A stretch of DNA of 61,588 bases, counting the filler, from Sphacelaria rigidula (lineage: Eukaryota), in the NCBI GenBank assembly GCA_964200075.2. It is 9 parts of 9 records of this genome, joined end to end, with 100 filler letters (N's around TTAATTAATTAA, not from the genome) between each part and the next. Parts side by side here need not be neighbours in the genome. Positions count along the whole stretch, not along the records: positions 47,983 to 54,735 come from CAXNAA020018244.1; positions 54,836 to 61,588 come from CAXNAA020018245.1; 7 more parts are not named here. One strand, written 5' to 3'. Below, in pieces: positions 50,582-61,588 of the stretch. Both the position numbers and the translations under genes were made by a program. Each line of letters starts with the position of its first letter. Position 1 is the stretch's first letter. The notes under the pieces are model-generated. The model did no database searches, had not been told where the DNA came from, and worked only from the letters and a program-made list of their open reading frames with translations.

Positions 50582-53520
50582 TCAAACAAATTTGAGATCC
50601 TTGAAACGCGCCACTACGTTTCGCTCCTTCTGCAGTGCCCCGGCGATCTCTCCCAGTTGCTTCTGCTTCAACTGCATTTTTCGAGACAGAAGAGGAACCG
50701 TGGAGGGGGGGGGAAGGTTGATACGTGAGTGCATAATATGATATATACTTCGAAGTATGCATACAAGGGCTTGCGCCGCCACGCTCAAAGGATCGACAGA
50801 CAAGATACATGTTTTAAGATACATGTCAAATAGCGGTAGTAGCGAGAGAAGGCCCGACCCTGGGAGGGTGCATATTGATGATACGCTGACCTTTCAGTGA
50901 AGAGAGCTGTTTCTCGGAGCGGTACAGAACAGAAGACTCGAGAGGAGAGCATTTCCACCAGTTTTCAGAGCGAGCCGAAAGTATAAGGTGCCCTTCGACC
51001 CGAGAGAGATGAAAACAAGATATATTTTTCACATCAATGACCGACACTTTCTACAGTAGCCCCTCCACCCTTACCACCCGCGCACGACAATGAGAAATTG
51101 CATTTGGGAAGTATTTAACGTATCAGCGATAATATTGCCTTANNNNNNNNNNAAATAAAAGAGGCCCTCAGACCAGGGAGAGATGAAAAAAAAAAATTTT
51201 TTTCACAACAATAACCCCCATTTTTTACATGAGCCCCCCCCCCCCCCCCCTAGAGCGAGGTCAATGGTCTTATGACTATGGCATGCATGATCATGAGTAC
51301 ATCCCCCCCCCCTAAAAAGTGCCTGGTTTGGGCAGGCGAAATGTTCACGTAGATCGAAATGGAAAAAGCCGAGCACAACGAGCAACTGGGGATTCCCACG
51401 CTTGGGTTAGTTCTCGTCAATGTCGCCCACATAAGGCGCTTCATGTTCAGCTTAAACCCAAACATCAGGTGCTGTATGGCCATTCTTTTCTTGATACTTT
51501 TGGGCTGGTTGTGGGAGGGGGCGATCTTAGAAAGTGTCGACCCGAACTGAAGGAGAAGACACGCTGACCATGTCCTTCCGGATGGTTGCATGACTACATG
51601 GCTGCAAGCAATGCTGAAACACGCGAGCGCAGAAACTGGCAAGCCACAAATCCGGGATTGAGAAACCGGAAAATGATAAACCGAAGTAGCAATCATATAG
51701 CACAGGCATGTAAGTTGAGCCTGCACAGCCGGGGGGAGGGAGTAGCAAAACTCCACTCTCACCTACCTTCGCTACGCCCTGCAGACAACCTTCATGATGA
51801 GCATTCAGGGGGGGGATGGCGGGAGGGGAGGCAAAATGAAAAATAATTTATCCGACTTGATATTCGCCACACCCCGACTGCACCTCATGTACGGATCTGG
51901 AGATGCACGCGCACTCGCCACTCACAATGATTGATTCGCGAATCGGGAAGGGGGAGAAGCGATGCTCAATTTTCAACATTCAACATCGGAAAAGAAGGAA
52001 GAGCACAACGTTCTGACGACGTGAGGCGAAAACACTCAAAACAGAACGGAAACAAACAATTTGGAGGGAAGGGGGGCAGTCAGAAAAGGACCTGAGCCAG
52101 GGCTGTTGGGGGACGACGGGGGAAAACAGAAATTTCAGGAAAATCGGGAAACACTGTAGGCCAAGGCGTTCTGGGAAGCCGAAAAAGTCTCAGCGGGAAA
52201 ACAGTCAATGATGCTGCTTGCGACCTGTGGGCCTCGAAATACGAAAACGCTGCACGTTTAGATGTGCCCGGGAAAAAGCTTCTGCAATATCAGACTAGAG
52301 AAGGCTCCACGCGAAAAAAAGGCGGCACGGCCACCTGAGGACCCCGGAAAATCGGGAAGGAGTGAAAATGAGGCAACCTCGAAGCTCACCAGGAGAGAAA
52401 TGCTTCGATGACACGCCTGACGTAAAACAATTGAGAATGACTGTGCGAATGTGGCTACCGATACAGATCGGAAGTATGAACCCCAATAGGCAGAATTTTG
52501 TGGGAAAATGTGCACGTATAATCCAAATTATGATAGGGTGAGTTGAGGAACACAATGCTTCCACTTTTTGCAGTTTAGCGCTTCTTTTTCGTTACGTTGT
52601 ACTGCAAGATGATGAGCAGACTCCGGGGGTCGCCAGGGGTAATATGTAGGGTGAGTTGGAAACAAAAAATCGTTTATATTTTCCCGAATCTCTTGCAAAA
52701 AATAAGCAAACGCGGCTGTTGTGGGTGATTGGAAATGAAAACCGACTCACATGACAATGTGCGGGTTTTTTTTTCGTTTTCATTAGTGTTCGCCGGGTCT
52801 TCGTGAAGATGTAAACAGTGCGGAGCATAGTCCATCTTTCATGTGTCTTCTTCCTGCGTCGAACAACCAGTTGCCCACTTCTGGCTGTGGTGCTTGACTG
52901 AAAGCTCACCTGCAACGCTGCATGTCGCATGTCCTTCGCGCTGAGCCTATGCAGTTCTTTGTCCAGCTGAACTAGTGTCGAACGATCCTGAGCAGCACCC
53001 TGCGATTTTTCCGTGTTCGAGAATCGCACTTACGTCATTACGGCCTCAGATATTCGTAGAGATAGACGAAGTATAGCCATCATCTGGTGTCGAATGTGTT
53101 CGAAGAGTAAGTAGACCTCATTCCACCCGCACAGTAGTGTATAAAAATAGAAATAAAATAGGTCCGAATCGGTTTTGTTTTTCGCCAGTGGCTTCCAACG
53201 TTCGCTTTCCACGTGAACTTGCGTCTGCTGCAACACTCGGGCAGTGCTCAGGTTTCCGTGCGTGCGTTCCGCGTACGAATCGAGTGTGGCGAAAGTTGAA
53301 ACGGCCGAATTGTTCCAAACAGAGGGAAGATCTCAAGTGCACTGCCCCACAAAGATACAGCGATAGAAGAAGATGACCTACTGTGAGAGAAACTACCTTT
53401 CGGACGGCAGCGACGAAGCCAGGGTCACCCTCGGACGGCGGGAGATGAAACCGTCGTTTGCACCCTGACGACCCCCAGGTGCCAGGTTCATTTTTGTCGC
53501 AGCAGTTCCACCGCATGACT
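50582..53520 (-). CDS. Unknown protein, last three exons 53520-53397, 52999-52910, 50671-50582; WxCC..GC..H zinc-binding-like motif followed by a helical tail
   Basis: Phase-compatible splicing gives VMRWNCCDKNEPGTWGSSGCKRRFHLPPSEGDPGFVAAVRK-GAAQDRSTLVQLDKELHRLSAKDMRHAALQ-LKQKQLGEIAGALQKERNVVARFKDLKFV*. The frame stays open upstream to ~53682, so the first acceptor is uncertain. Confidence 0.7.
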
Positions 53521-53984
53521 CTAGCAGTTCGGTGGTCGGCACGAAGTTCGTGAGCGATCAAAAACGTACGAGATATGGTTTCAAGAATACTCAAGTCGTC
53601 TACTATGTCGTCATGTTCGAATTTTCGCTGTTTCTTCTTTTCTTGAGCGAGTGTTTCAGTCTTGATGTTTCTTGGGTACGTCTATCATACGACCGCGACT
53701 GAACCCATGGGGGATCACTTAAAAAGTGCGACAGTCAATCAGATCAAATCAAATCAAATCAAATCAACACGGTATCCGTCCTTAGAACAATAGGTGGAGG
53801 GCCTAGGTGAGTAGCGAGACGAGGTTTGCTTCACCAAGAGTGGACACGGTGCGGGAGCGCTGGGCAATGATCCGATTCACGATGCTAACAAGTAAGGCGT
53901 GTACCGGGTGAGAGATGGCTTGGTCTCTTGAGACCACGGACTCGTCCCAAGGAAGGTATGACGAAACGCACACACGAACACACG

Positions 53985-53985
<1 letters not shown>

Positions 53986-54041
<56 letters not shown>
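53986..54041. repeat. (CA)n microsatellite at the tail of a SINE-like repeat (~53800-53960)
   Basis: About 28 AC units. Confidence 0.95.
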
Positions 54042-54044
<3 letters not shown>

Positions 54045-56359
54045 TGATCCCTATCAGCGCTGCCCTCCACCGCGTGACAAATCGTAGCGCGACATGCGCG
54101 AAGGAGGCATCATACTCCTCGGCTGTCCAACATGAGGGTTGTCAGTAGTGAAGCGAGTGGAATGAACAAGGACCCCCCCGTCCCCCCCAACTAAACAGGA
54201 TCGAAAGCTGGTTCTTTTTTCCTTGTGTGTTCGCGGTCTGAGGCTAACCTCATATCCAAACTTCGGGAGCTCAAATCCCGGTAGATACGATCAGAATAGT
54301 AATTTATTAAAGCCTGGTTTTCGTTGCTATAAGTATGAGGACGGGAATACTTAATGAGAGTTCGATGAACGTCGACGGGAGGCGGGAGGTCAGATAGTCA
54401 CAATCCAATGGTCGACTACACAATGCCAGGCGAGTGCCAGGGAAGAGATGGGTTGGTCCTTTGTTTCTACGGGCTCGTCCCCAAGGGGGGGGGTCATGAT
54501 CTTGCATGTCGTAGTCATATAACCATTGACCTCGCATCCTTACAAAGCCGGGACGGAGCACGCCAGGTTTTTGCCAGACCAGGCTCGCAAAAGGCTCACA
54601 ACCAATCACCAAGGGTGGTGTGGGGAGGGGGAGGGGGGGGGGGGGGGGGGGGGGCTCCTTTTTTGGGTGGGGGGAGGGGGTGGGCCGTTGCCCGCGTTCC
54701 CCTTCGGGGGCGGGGCGGGGGGGGGGGGGGGGGGGNNNNNNNNNNNNNNNNNNNNNNNNNNNNNNNNNNNNNNNNNNNNTTAATTAATTAANNNNNNNNN
54801 NNNNNNNNNNNNNNNNNNNNNNNNNNNNNNNNNNNGTCCCGGCATTGCAGGGATGCGAGGTCAATGGTCTGATGACTATGGTATGCATGATCATGAGTAC
54901 ACCCTCCCCTGTCGTAGGATGAGTCTAACCGAAACTATCGTCATATTCTAAGAGTTTTTCGGACATAACATTCCTCTTTCCTCTTCCGCTGCCGTTGGGT
55001 TTCTCAGGCCGCTCCGACCACCTCGGTGGCGAGGGCGCCCGGGTCACCTCCCAGTCAGAGGGTCACTGCAGCTGCAGTTGTGGCTACGGCGTGGTGGGGA
55101 AAGCTTGGCGTCGGAATTCCTTGACGCAGCGGTTATCCTGGAAGTACTTACGGCAAAGGGCTTCAAACATCAGCCCAACAGGTATACATGAATAGCAGTT
55201 GATGTATTACAGTTAGCCTTTTTGATCTTGGGCTTTCGTTGCACTTTCGTCAAGATACTGTTCACTACTGTTACGCTAGCTCACGTGGGGTGGGTGTTGA
55301 GCCAGCGTATTGACGGAGGGTGAGCGGCCTAGTGACTAGCGACCAACCTTTAACATGCTTTTATCCGAAACACGTGTCGTGATTCCCATGGATACCTACG
55401 TTGATTGGCGAAACAAAACCAGAAGACGACGCTGGTGGTTGTTCTTGACTCTATTATCCCCCGAGGCACGTCGCTACTGCCCTGACCCCGTGCTCGGAGT
55501 TACATCTATCGGTGACAGGATCCGCATACACATCGGACTGCCCGGGACTGTCCGAGATTGCCCGGGACTGTACTGCACAGTGCGGTTTCATGCCGTGCTG
55601 TACCGTCTGCGCTATGTTGTGCCATACAGCTCCGCTTTTTATGACCGACGCGTGATCTGACACGCACTGACGACACGTCTTTGTCTGAGTCCGCGGCTGA
55701 TTCTGATCACAGTACATGTATCATCATTCATCATTCCCACTGACGACCAACCACCAAAAAGTAGTTATGGTCACTGTTTTGTTTCCGGTCGAACCACACG
55801 TGAGGATACCAGGCTGCAGTGGCGATGGTTGTTGGTCCTGCCAATAACTTTCAGGTCTCAACGGCGTCAACCGATACCATGTTCTCGGGCGGGAAATCTT
55901 GTGGCAACTGAGGCATCAACGGCGGAAGATGACCGCCGCCACAAAAGCTACTGTACTGTTTGTTTGCACAATAGACAATTTCCGACTACGGTATCGTCAG
56001 CTAAGTATGTTTGTTTCTTCGACACGCTTTCAACCCCACCCTTCCTCGGGACGAGGGTCATGGTCTCAAGGAATCGTCCCGGTATATGCCTTGCATTGTG
56101 ATCTTACGGATTGGATCATGACCATCAGCGCTCCCGCACCGCATCGATTGTCGTCAACTATTTTCGCTACTCACGTACGTCCTCACGTACGTCCTCCCGC
56201 TTTCAACCACGGAAAACAGTCACTGTACCATGAGGGAAAGACCCCAACAAACCAATCTGGCAGAAATCGAACTCATGTTTTAACCATTAGGGGATATGAT
56301 ACAGTTTGATAGAGCGCAACTTGAGGTCACTCCCAATACAATTTGTTTGGCCGCTACAG

Positions 56360-58447
56360 GTGCACCGCATTTTGCATCGTGAAAGGGGACGATAAAGAAA
56401 TAGGGCGCACAGGCAATTCCTCCGTCGGCGTTGTTTCGCGCAACATTGCCAATGTGGAGACGGGAAAATCGACAGTTTCTTGGCAAGAAGTGGGATGCCA
56501 ATTTGCCGTACCTTGTCCCTCATTCAACGGAGGCGTTCTCCCTCGAGTCACTATCGAAGTATGGACAACAGACCGTCAAAGTGGGACAAGCGCATCGAAG
56601 AAGAAAGAGGGGACGAATGTTCAAACGACTGCCCAAATCATTGGCGTTGCCGCAATCGAGCCTGATCACCTCGTGTCGGAATCTGCTGGCCTGACTTCCG
56701 TCGCACTGCTCGAATCTCCGCAAAATATGGCTACGAAGGACGTGGGGGACCACGTGCGGATGATCGAAATACAAGCGCCACAGATTGTGGTACGCATAAC
56801 TCCGAACGTTGGGCAGAGGTGGGCTCGCCGTGCGATCATGGCAGCGATGGCTGCCAAGCGCGCCGCAAGGCAGCGGACACGCAGTGATTCTGCGGACCAA
56901 CTCAGCGTCAACGATCAAAAGCCGGCCTCTGTATTGTACATGACTTCCGCGGAAGGGTCAGCGCGGACATGGCGCACACCAGTTACGCCTGATGATCCAA
57001 TCCCAACCCCAGTATACGAAGATATCTTGGAGCTAACGCACGCCTCGCTCCCCGCCTGCTGCCCGCAGTCGCCTACGCTGGCGATTGCTCCATTTTCGGA
57101 CGTCGGTATACCACTTGGGGGGTTGTGGATTGGACCCCGGCCAGCTTTGCGACACGCCCTTGTCGCCTACCGGCCTCTCTCATCCCACAATCTTGCCGCT
57201 GCTGATAAGGCTGGTAAGAGGGCCAAAGCATCAACAATTCCGCCGCCGCCACCGGAAGACGAAGTATTCCTGCGGTGTGCGGCCGCAGAAGCGGAAGGGC
57301 TACTCAGAGAAGTAAGAGCGCAAGAGATGCGTGCGGAAACACGCAACATAGCATTGTCCAGGGTGCAGCGAGTCTGCAAGAAGTGGCACGACGCTCGCAG
57401 CAGAATAGCGACGGTTGATGATGCACCGGCGGACAATCAAGGCGCCCATCGGTTTAACGCCGTCGATATCGCGAGCGTAGTCGGAGAACAACGACCGATG
57501 GAAAGGGTAGGGGCCGGAAGTCTGGAGAGCGATGAAAACCATGAGGATGATGATGACGACGACGACGAGGGCAGTGATAATGACGAGGCTGGGGAAACGG
57601 GTAAAGCGTACGGCGAGCTGTTTCGCGCGTTTTTGAGGGCTTTAGAAGTCGCCCTTCCCGGAGTGTCGATCTACATCGGCCTCTTGGTAGGGGGAGGACG
57701 CACCATTCGGTACGTGGCGTGCACGCGAAACTCAACGATGGCCGGGAAAGAGCTGACGCAGGGTGAAGGCATTAGTTTCTCGTGCGTGGGACCTCGGTTC
57801 GAGCCATATTTGATATATCCACCCCGAGACGGTGACGACTCGCCCGGGGTTGCCAGCAAAGGCGACGGATACAGAGGCGACCAGTTGTCGCGCACGCGCA
57901 ATGCTACGATGCCGCGTCAAGGCTCGTCGGGGCCCGGATCTTCGAAACACATGTTACGCGCAACCCATTTCGTTTCTGCCGACACACTCGATGAGGGAGT
58001 GACGAAGCTGAGACCAAATGTGCCGGAGGCGAACCGTTCCGCAGAGTCAGATTCGGGGAGAAAATTGGGTTCAGAATCAGCGGCGAGGTCGCTGGAAGAG
58101 GAAATCCTTCTCGTTCAGAAGGCCTTCCGAGGACAGTTGGACCGGGCTCGCGTGGCACGCCTAAGGCAATGCAAGGTCGGCACAGAAAACGCCGCAGATG
58201 TGAAGAAGAAAATTACGTGGGCTCGAGTGTCCAAAACTATTTCGAAACTGCGGCCGCGGATACCCAGAGTGTTCGACTACGATGGACGTATAGGTTGGCC
58301 GTTCGTGTGCGTGCCGTTGGTGGCATCCCTTGGCGCGAGCTCGGTTGGAGTGGTGGGTATGGATACATTCGAGCAGATGGGGTGCGGTCGGAGTCGGTCT
58401 GGAAAGCCGGAAGCAGGAGTGGTGAAGGTTCTTGCGCAAGCGGCAAG
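56360..58447 (+). CDS. Large internal exon of a multidomain protein: C2-like, GAF-like and IQ motifs
   Basis: 702-codon open frame bounded by TACAG| and AG|GTAGGG. C2-like: AFCIVKGDDKEIGRT..VSW..RVTIEVW. GAF-like: VSIYIGLL..IRYVACT..MAGKELTQGEGISF..FVCVPL..VGVVGMD. IQ-like: LVQKAFRGQLDRARV. Confidence 0.8.
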
Positions 58448-59146
58448 GTAGGGGATGATACTAAAACGTCTGCATAATTAGCTCTTGAATACCCTTGTGG
58501 GGGGGGGTCATGGGAACGTCCCTGCCTTTTGACCAAGGCAAACAAGGCTAGTGCAAGGGGCGAGGGGAGAGGGGAGTGTTATCCAACGGTAGGAGGGCAA
58601 AATTCTCACGGCACGCTCGGTGAGGCAGTCGCCACATTTCACACGATCCCAGATTACTGCATTGCGATAGTTACCTCCCGCATGTATCGACAAGATGTTT
58701 CGAAACTGAGGCTGCATGAAGTATCCATCGGCAATCTGAACATCATGAGTAGAAGTGAGAACCAACCCGCACCTCAATGCCCATATGCACCCTCCTTTGT
58801 GTTCGAACGGGGATGGCCTCCACTGAAGGATACTCGGCGAGTGTATCTGCGCAGACCGAAGACAAGAGGCTCTGAGCGAGGTGGCCGAGTCATCTCTTCC
58901 CTTGCATTCCTCTCTTTTCGACGTCCTTCACACAGCAGCCAAGGTAAGGTTCTGTTCTACTCGAATGCATCAATTATCGGAGGTGTCCTCCTGTGTGCAC
59001 TCTCTCTCTCCCTCCCCCCACGTTCCCGCCACAACACAGCCTGGACGAAGCAATGAAAAAAAGAAGCTAACCACCCTTTTTCTTTAACCTAGCATAACAC
59101 AACCCAGACATAGACATGGCGTGAATAAGCTGACCATCATTTTTCT

Positions 59147-59243
59147 TTATTATTATTACTATTATTGCTTTTGTTATTGGTATTATTGCTATTGGTATTA
59201 TTATTATTATTGTTATTGTTATTATTATTATTATTATTATTAC

Positions 59244-59279
<36 letters not shown>

Positions 59280-59282
59280 TAC

Positions 59283-59341
<59 letters not shown>
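59147..59341. repeat. (TAT)n imperfect microsatellite
   Basis: About 65 TAT/TAC/TGT units. Confidence 0.95.
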
Positions 59342-59342
<1 letters not shown>

Positions 59343-60779
59343 ACGACCATATCACAGCCCAGACATGGACGTGAAATAGCGAGAAAAACAACTGTATATT
59401 CTCATATCAAAACGGAAAACAACCGAGATCCTTCCCCCATCTCATAACAAAGGTAAGAAATAGCGTGAAGGTTGATCCCCTTACATGCGATGGGAAGTAC
59501 AGAAGATATAACAATACGGATAGGGTAGGGTCATCACCCCCTCCACGTTTATTTTTACATGGAGGTTGGGGTCTCGTGGTGAAATACCTGTAAAACTTTG
59601 CCGGTTTCCATCGGGCGGTGGGAATCTGGTCAGACATTTTCCTATAATTTCAGACACCAGGTGCAAAAGGCGCCTAATGAAGGGAAGGGGTGGATACTTC
59701 ATGACATAAACACCAAGACCTACTGCACTCATGAAACAACACCTCACCAATGACCGACCACATGACCTACGAGAAGGATCACCAAGCGGTACGTAGACTT
59801 CTTGAGATTTTGAAGGATAAAACCTGAAACGAAGTGTGGGGGAATCGTTGGCCAAGCTTTCGGCAGTAAAGGTCTACTCAACAGCATTAGTGGAGTAACG
59901 ACCCATAGTGAACCATACAAGGAGTGGGTAGAAGGGATGTAGAAGACATCCCGATGTGAGTAAGACCTCGTGTTATGTGAGCCGTCCTTGAACCTTACAC
60001 GGTGAAAACGACCTCCCTGGAGGAAAGTAACCAGTACAGCAGTGGAGAAAGAAGATAAAAGATACGATCATGGGACGCCTGGATGGTTTGCCATGAAGAT
60101 CGCATGGCACAAACGTGGGGTACTTTTGCCAAAGGTGTCGAACTTGGCTTCATGCTACGAGCCCATTTTGGGAGCATTATTTAGTGTCGGTGAGCCAGCA
60201 AAAGAACTGGAAGGCACCAGACCCCCAACAAGTACTAGGGTTGGGATATCCCACTACCTTCACTACATCCCACCACGACACTTGAAACGCACAAACTAGA
60301 GATAGTCTCGAGAGTGGACGGATAAAGCACTAGTAATACTGGTATTCGGAGTCCGTAGCAACATGACGAGAATGGAGTGAAAAAAGAAATGGGATGGAGT
60401 TAGATTACACTGTATGGCAAGAGGAAACGTAGAAGGCGAGGGAGAACACTTCCAGTTCACGCTAAAACAGAGCACGAGCAAGGAGTGGAAATAAATAGAA
60501 AAAATAGTAAGGTGTCGGCATGGGCTCGAAGCGTAGGATGGAGGGTATGCATAGCTCATGGAACAGCAAACCTAAGACGTAGTCCACGGGTAAACGGAGG
60601 GAAAGAGAAACAGGAACAAGTAAGTATCCGGAAGAAGAAGGTGAGGGGAAATGGCGGCCAGAAGCAAATACTCGTAGACAAAGACCAAACCTGAAACGAG
60701 AAAAAAAACCAAGCAAGGAAAAATAGATGTAAGAACGACGGAGAAAAAAAAGTAGACAAAATAAGAGTAGATAATGATT

Positions 60780-61588
60780 CGGAAAGGAAGTTGAGAATAG
60801 AATCGTGGAGCGTGTGTGGATTCGCCACAAAGCGCCAAAGAATAGAGATAGCCCAACGAGTAAGTAACCGCGACCTAGATAAAGTGGGAATCCAAGAGTC
60901 ATGGGAGAAAGCGTTAAAGTAATCTAAGTCGATGAGGTTCACGAAGGTGAACACGGCTTCCCAGTTTCAGGCGCTGAAGCAGTTAATAGCTCAGACACCA
61001 ATTGAGTGTGTCTCGATGATGGAGATGATTGAAAATGTCTTATTATTATCAAAGAACCGTGATGATCCCCAGCCACTCTCACTACCTAACTTTTGCAAGG
61101 AGATATACTCGACGTTTCATGCTCTACCGAGGAGTAGACGTGGACAGCAGTAAGTTAGCTGTCAGAAGGAAGTCGGGAGGAAGTGAGCAAAAGGGGGGGC
61201 TGGTTTGCCTGCCTCGCTCTTCCTATCGCTCGGCGTCTAGAAAAATGGGGAAAGCACCCGTGCTCATCACACGCTCGCTCGGGAATCACCCACAGATTTA
61301 TATACTTAGCGAATGACTCTTATCCCTGGAACGTACTTCACAAATCGTGCCTACCAGTGAATCTGCCTAATCGGCAGAGTACAAGGTATACTTCGTATTC
61401 CTTAACAGAAAGAGGGGCGGAATAAGATGTAAATTTGAAGAGTACGCATGGATAGGAAAAAAGCGGAACGGGCAGAAGCCCAAGAGCAGGGGGGCCGGGG
61501 GAATAGGGTTTTTAGTCAAGGAATACCTGTGTGACAGTATCGAAGTGATCGACCACACGAAATTCGACGAGAGCATATGGATAAGGGT
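60780..61588 (+). mobile_element. LINE APE endonuclease N-terminus, interrupted by a solo LTR and running off the window
   Basis: RKLRIESWSVCGFATK..DKVGIQESWEK before the insertion; EYAWIGKKRNG..RGAGGIGFLVKEYL..ESIWIR after it. Confidence 0.85.
60912..61407. mobile_element. 496-bp probable solo LTR with 5-bp TSD GAAAG
   Basis: GAAAG|CGTTAA ... TTAACA|GAAAG. Termini equal TGTTAA...TTAACA with one substitution. Confidence 0.75.

Noticed and set aside
54490..54900. Inverted repeat spanning the last spacer
   Set aside because: The two copies lie on different contigs and a third copy occurs at ~51255; it is a dispersed repeat, not a hairpin.
54905..54950. Minimal hammerhead-like GATGAG..CGAAAC..GTC (also GATGAGTCCGTG at ~47850)
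   Set aside because: The CUGA core is missing and no stem I pairing is visible; the 47850 site lacks GAAA.
59121..59391. Poly-Tyr/Leu/Asn ORFs (also the VC/HT ORFs at 53803-54148)
   Set aside because: Translations of microsatellites.

Overview
Eukaryotic, intron-rich, repeat-dense DNA, most consistent with a brown alga (Phaeophyceae). That assignment is inference from long GT-AG introns, short exons, TTAGGG-type repeats and gene content. The window is not one locus. It is nine contigs of 6755, 6755, 6755, 6755, 6754, 6754, 6754, 6753 and 6753 bp joined by identical 100-bp spacers (N44-TTAATTAATTAA-N44), i.e. a size-sorted concatenation, so no synteny can be read across spacers. Partial host genes: GroES/Cpn10-like co-chaperonin (3 exons), TRM6/Gcd10-like (2 exons), acyl carrier protein last exon, PPR protein (3 exons), a minus-strand gene with a WxCC..GC..H motif (3 exons), and a 2.1-kb exon encoding C2-like, GAF-like and IQ motifs. 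The rest is mostly mobile DNA: decayed LINEs, Copia and CACTA-like relics, tRNA-headed SINE-like repeats, an Academ-like transposase relic, a USP-like pseudogene, and several MITE/solo-LTR insertions whose target-site duplications (TSDs) can be reconstructed because they interrupt LINE coding sequence. The most interesting items are the Academ-like relic, a TA-inserting MITE carrying telomeric repeats, and a 444-bp palindromic MITE with 4-bp TSDs. No rRNA, true tRNA or CRISPR array is supported. All family assignments come from motif reading by eye, not from searches.
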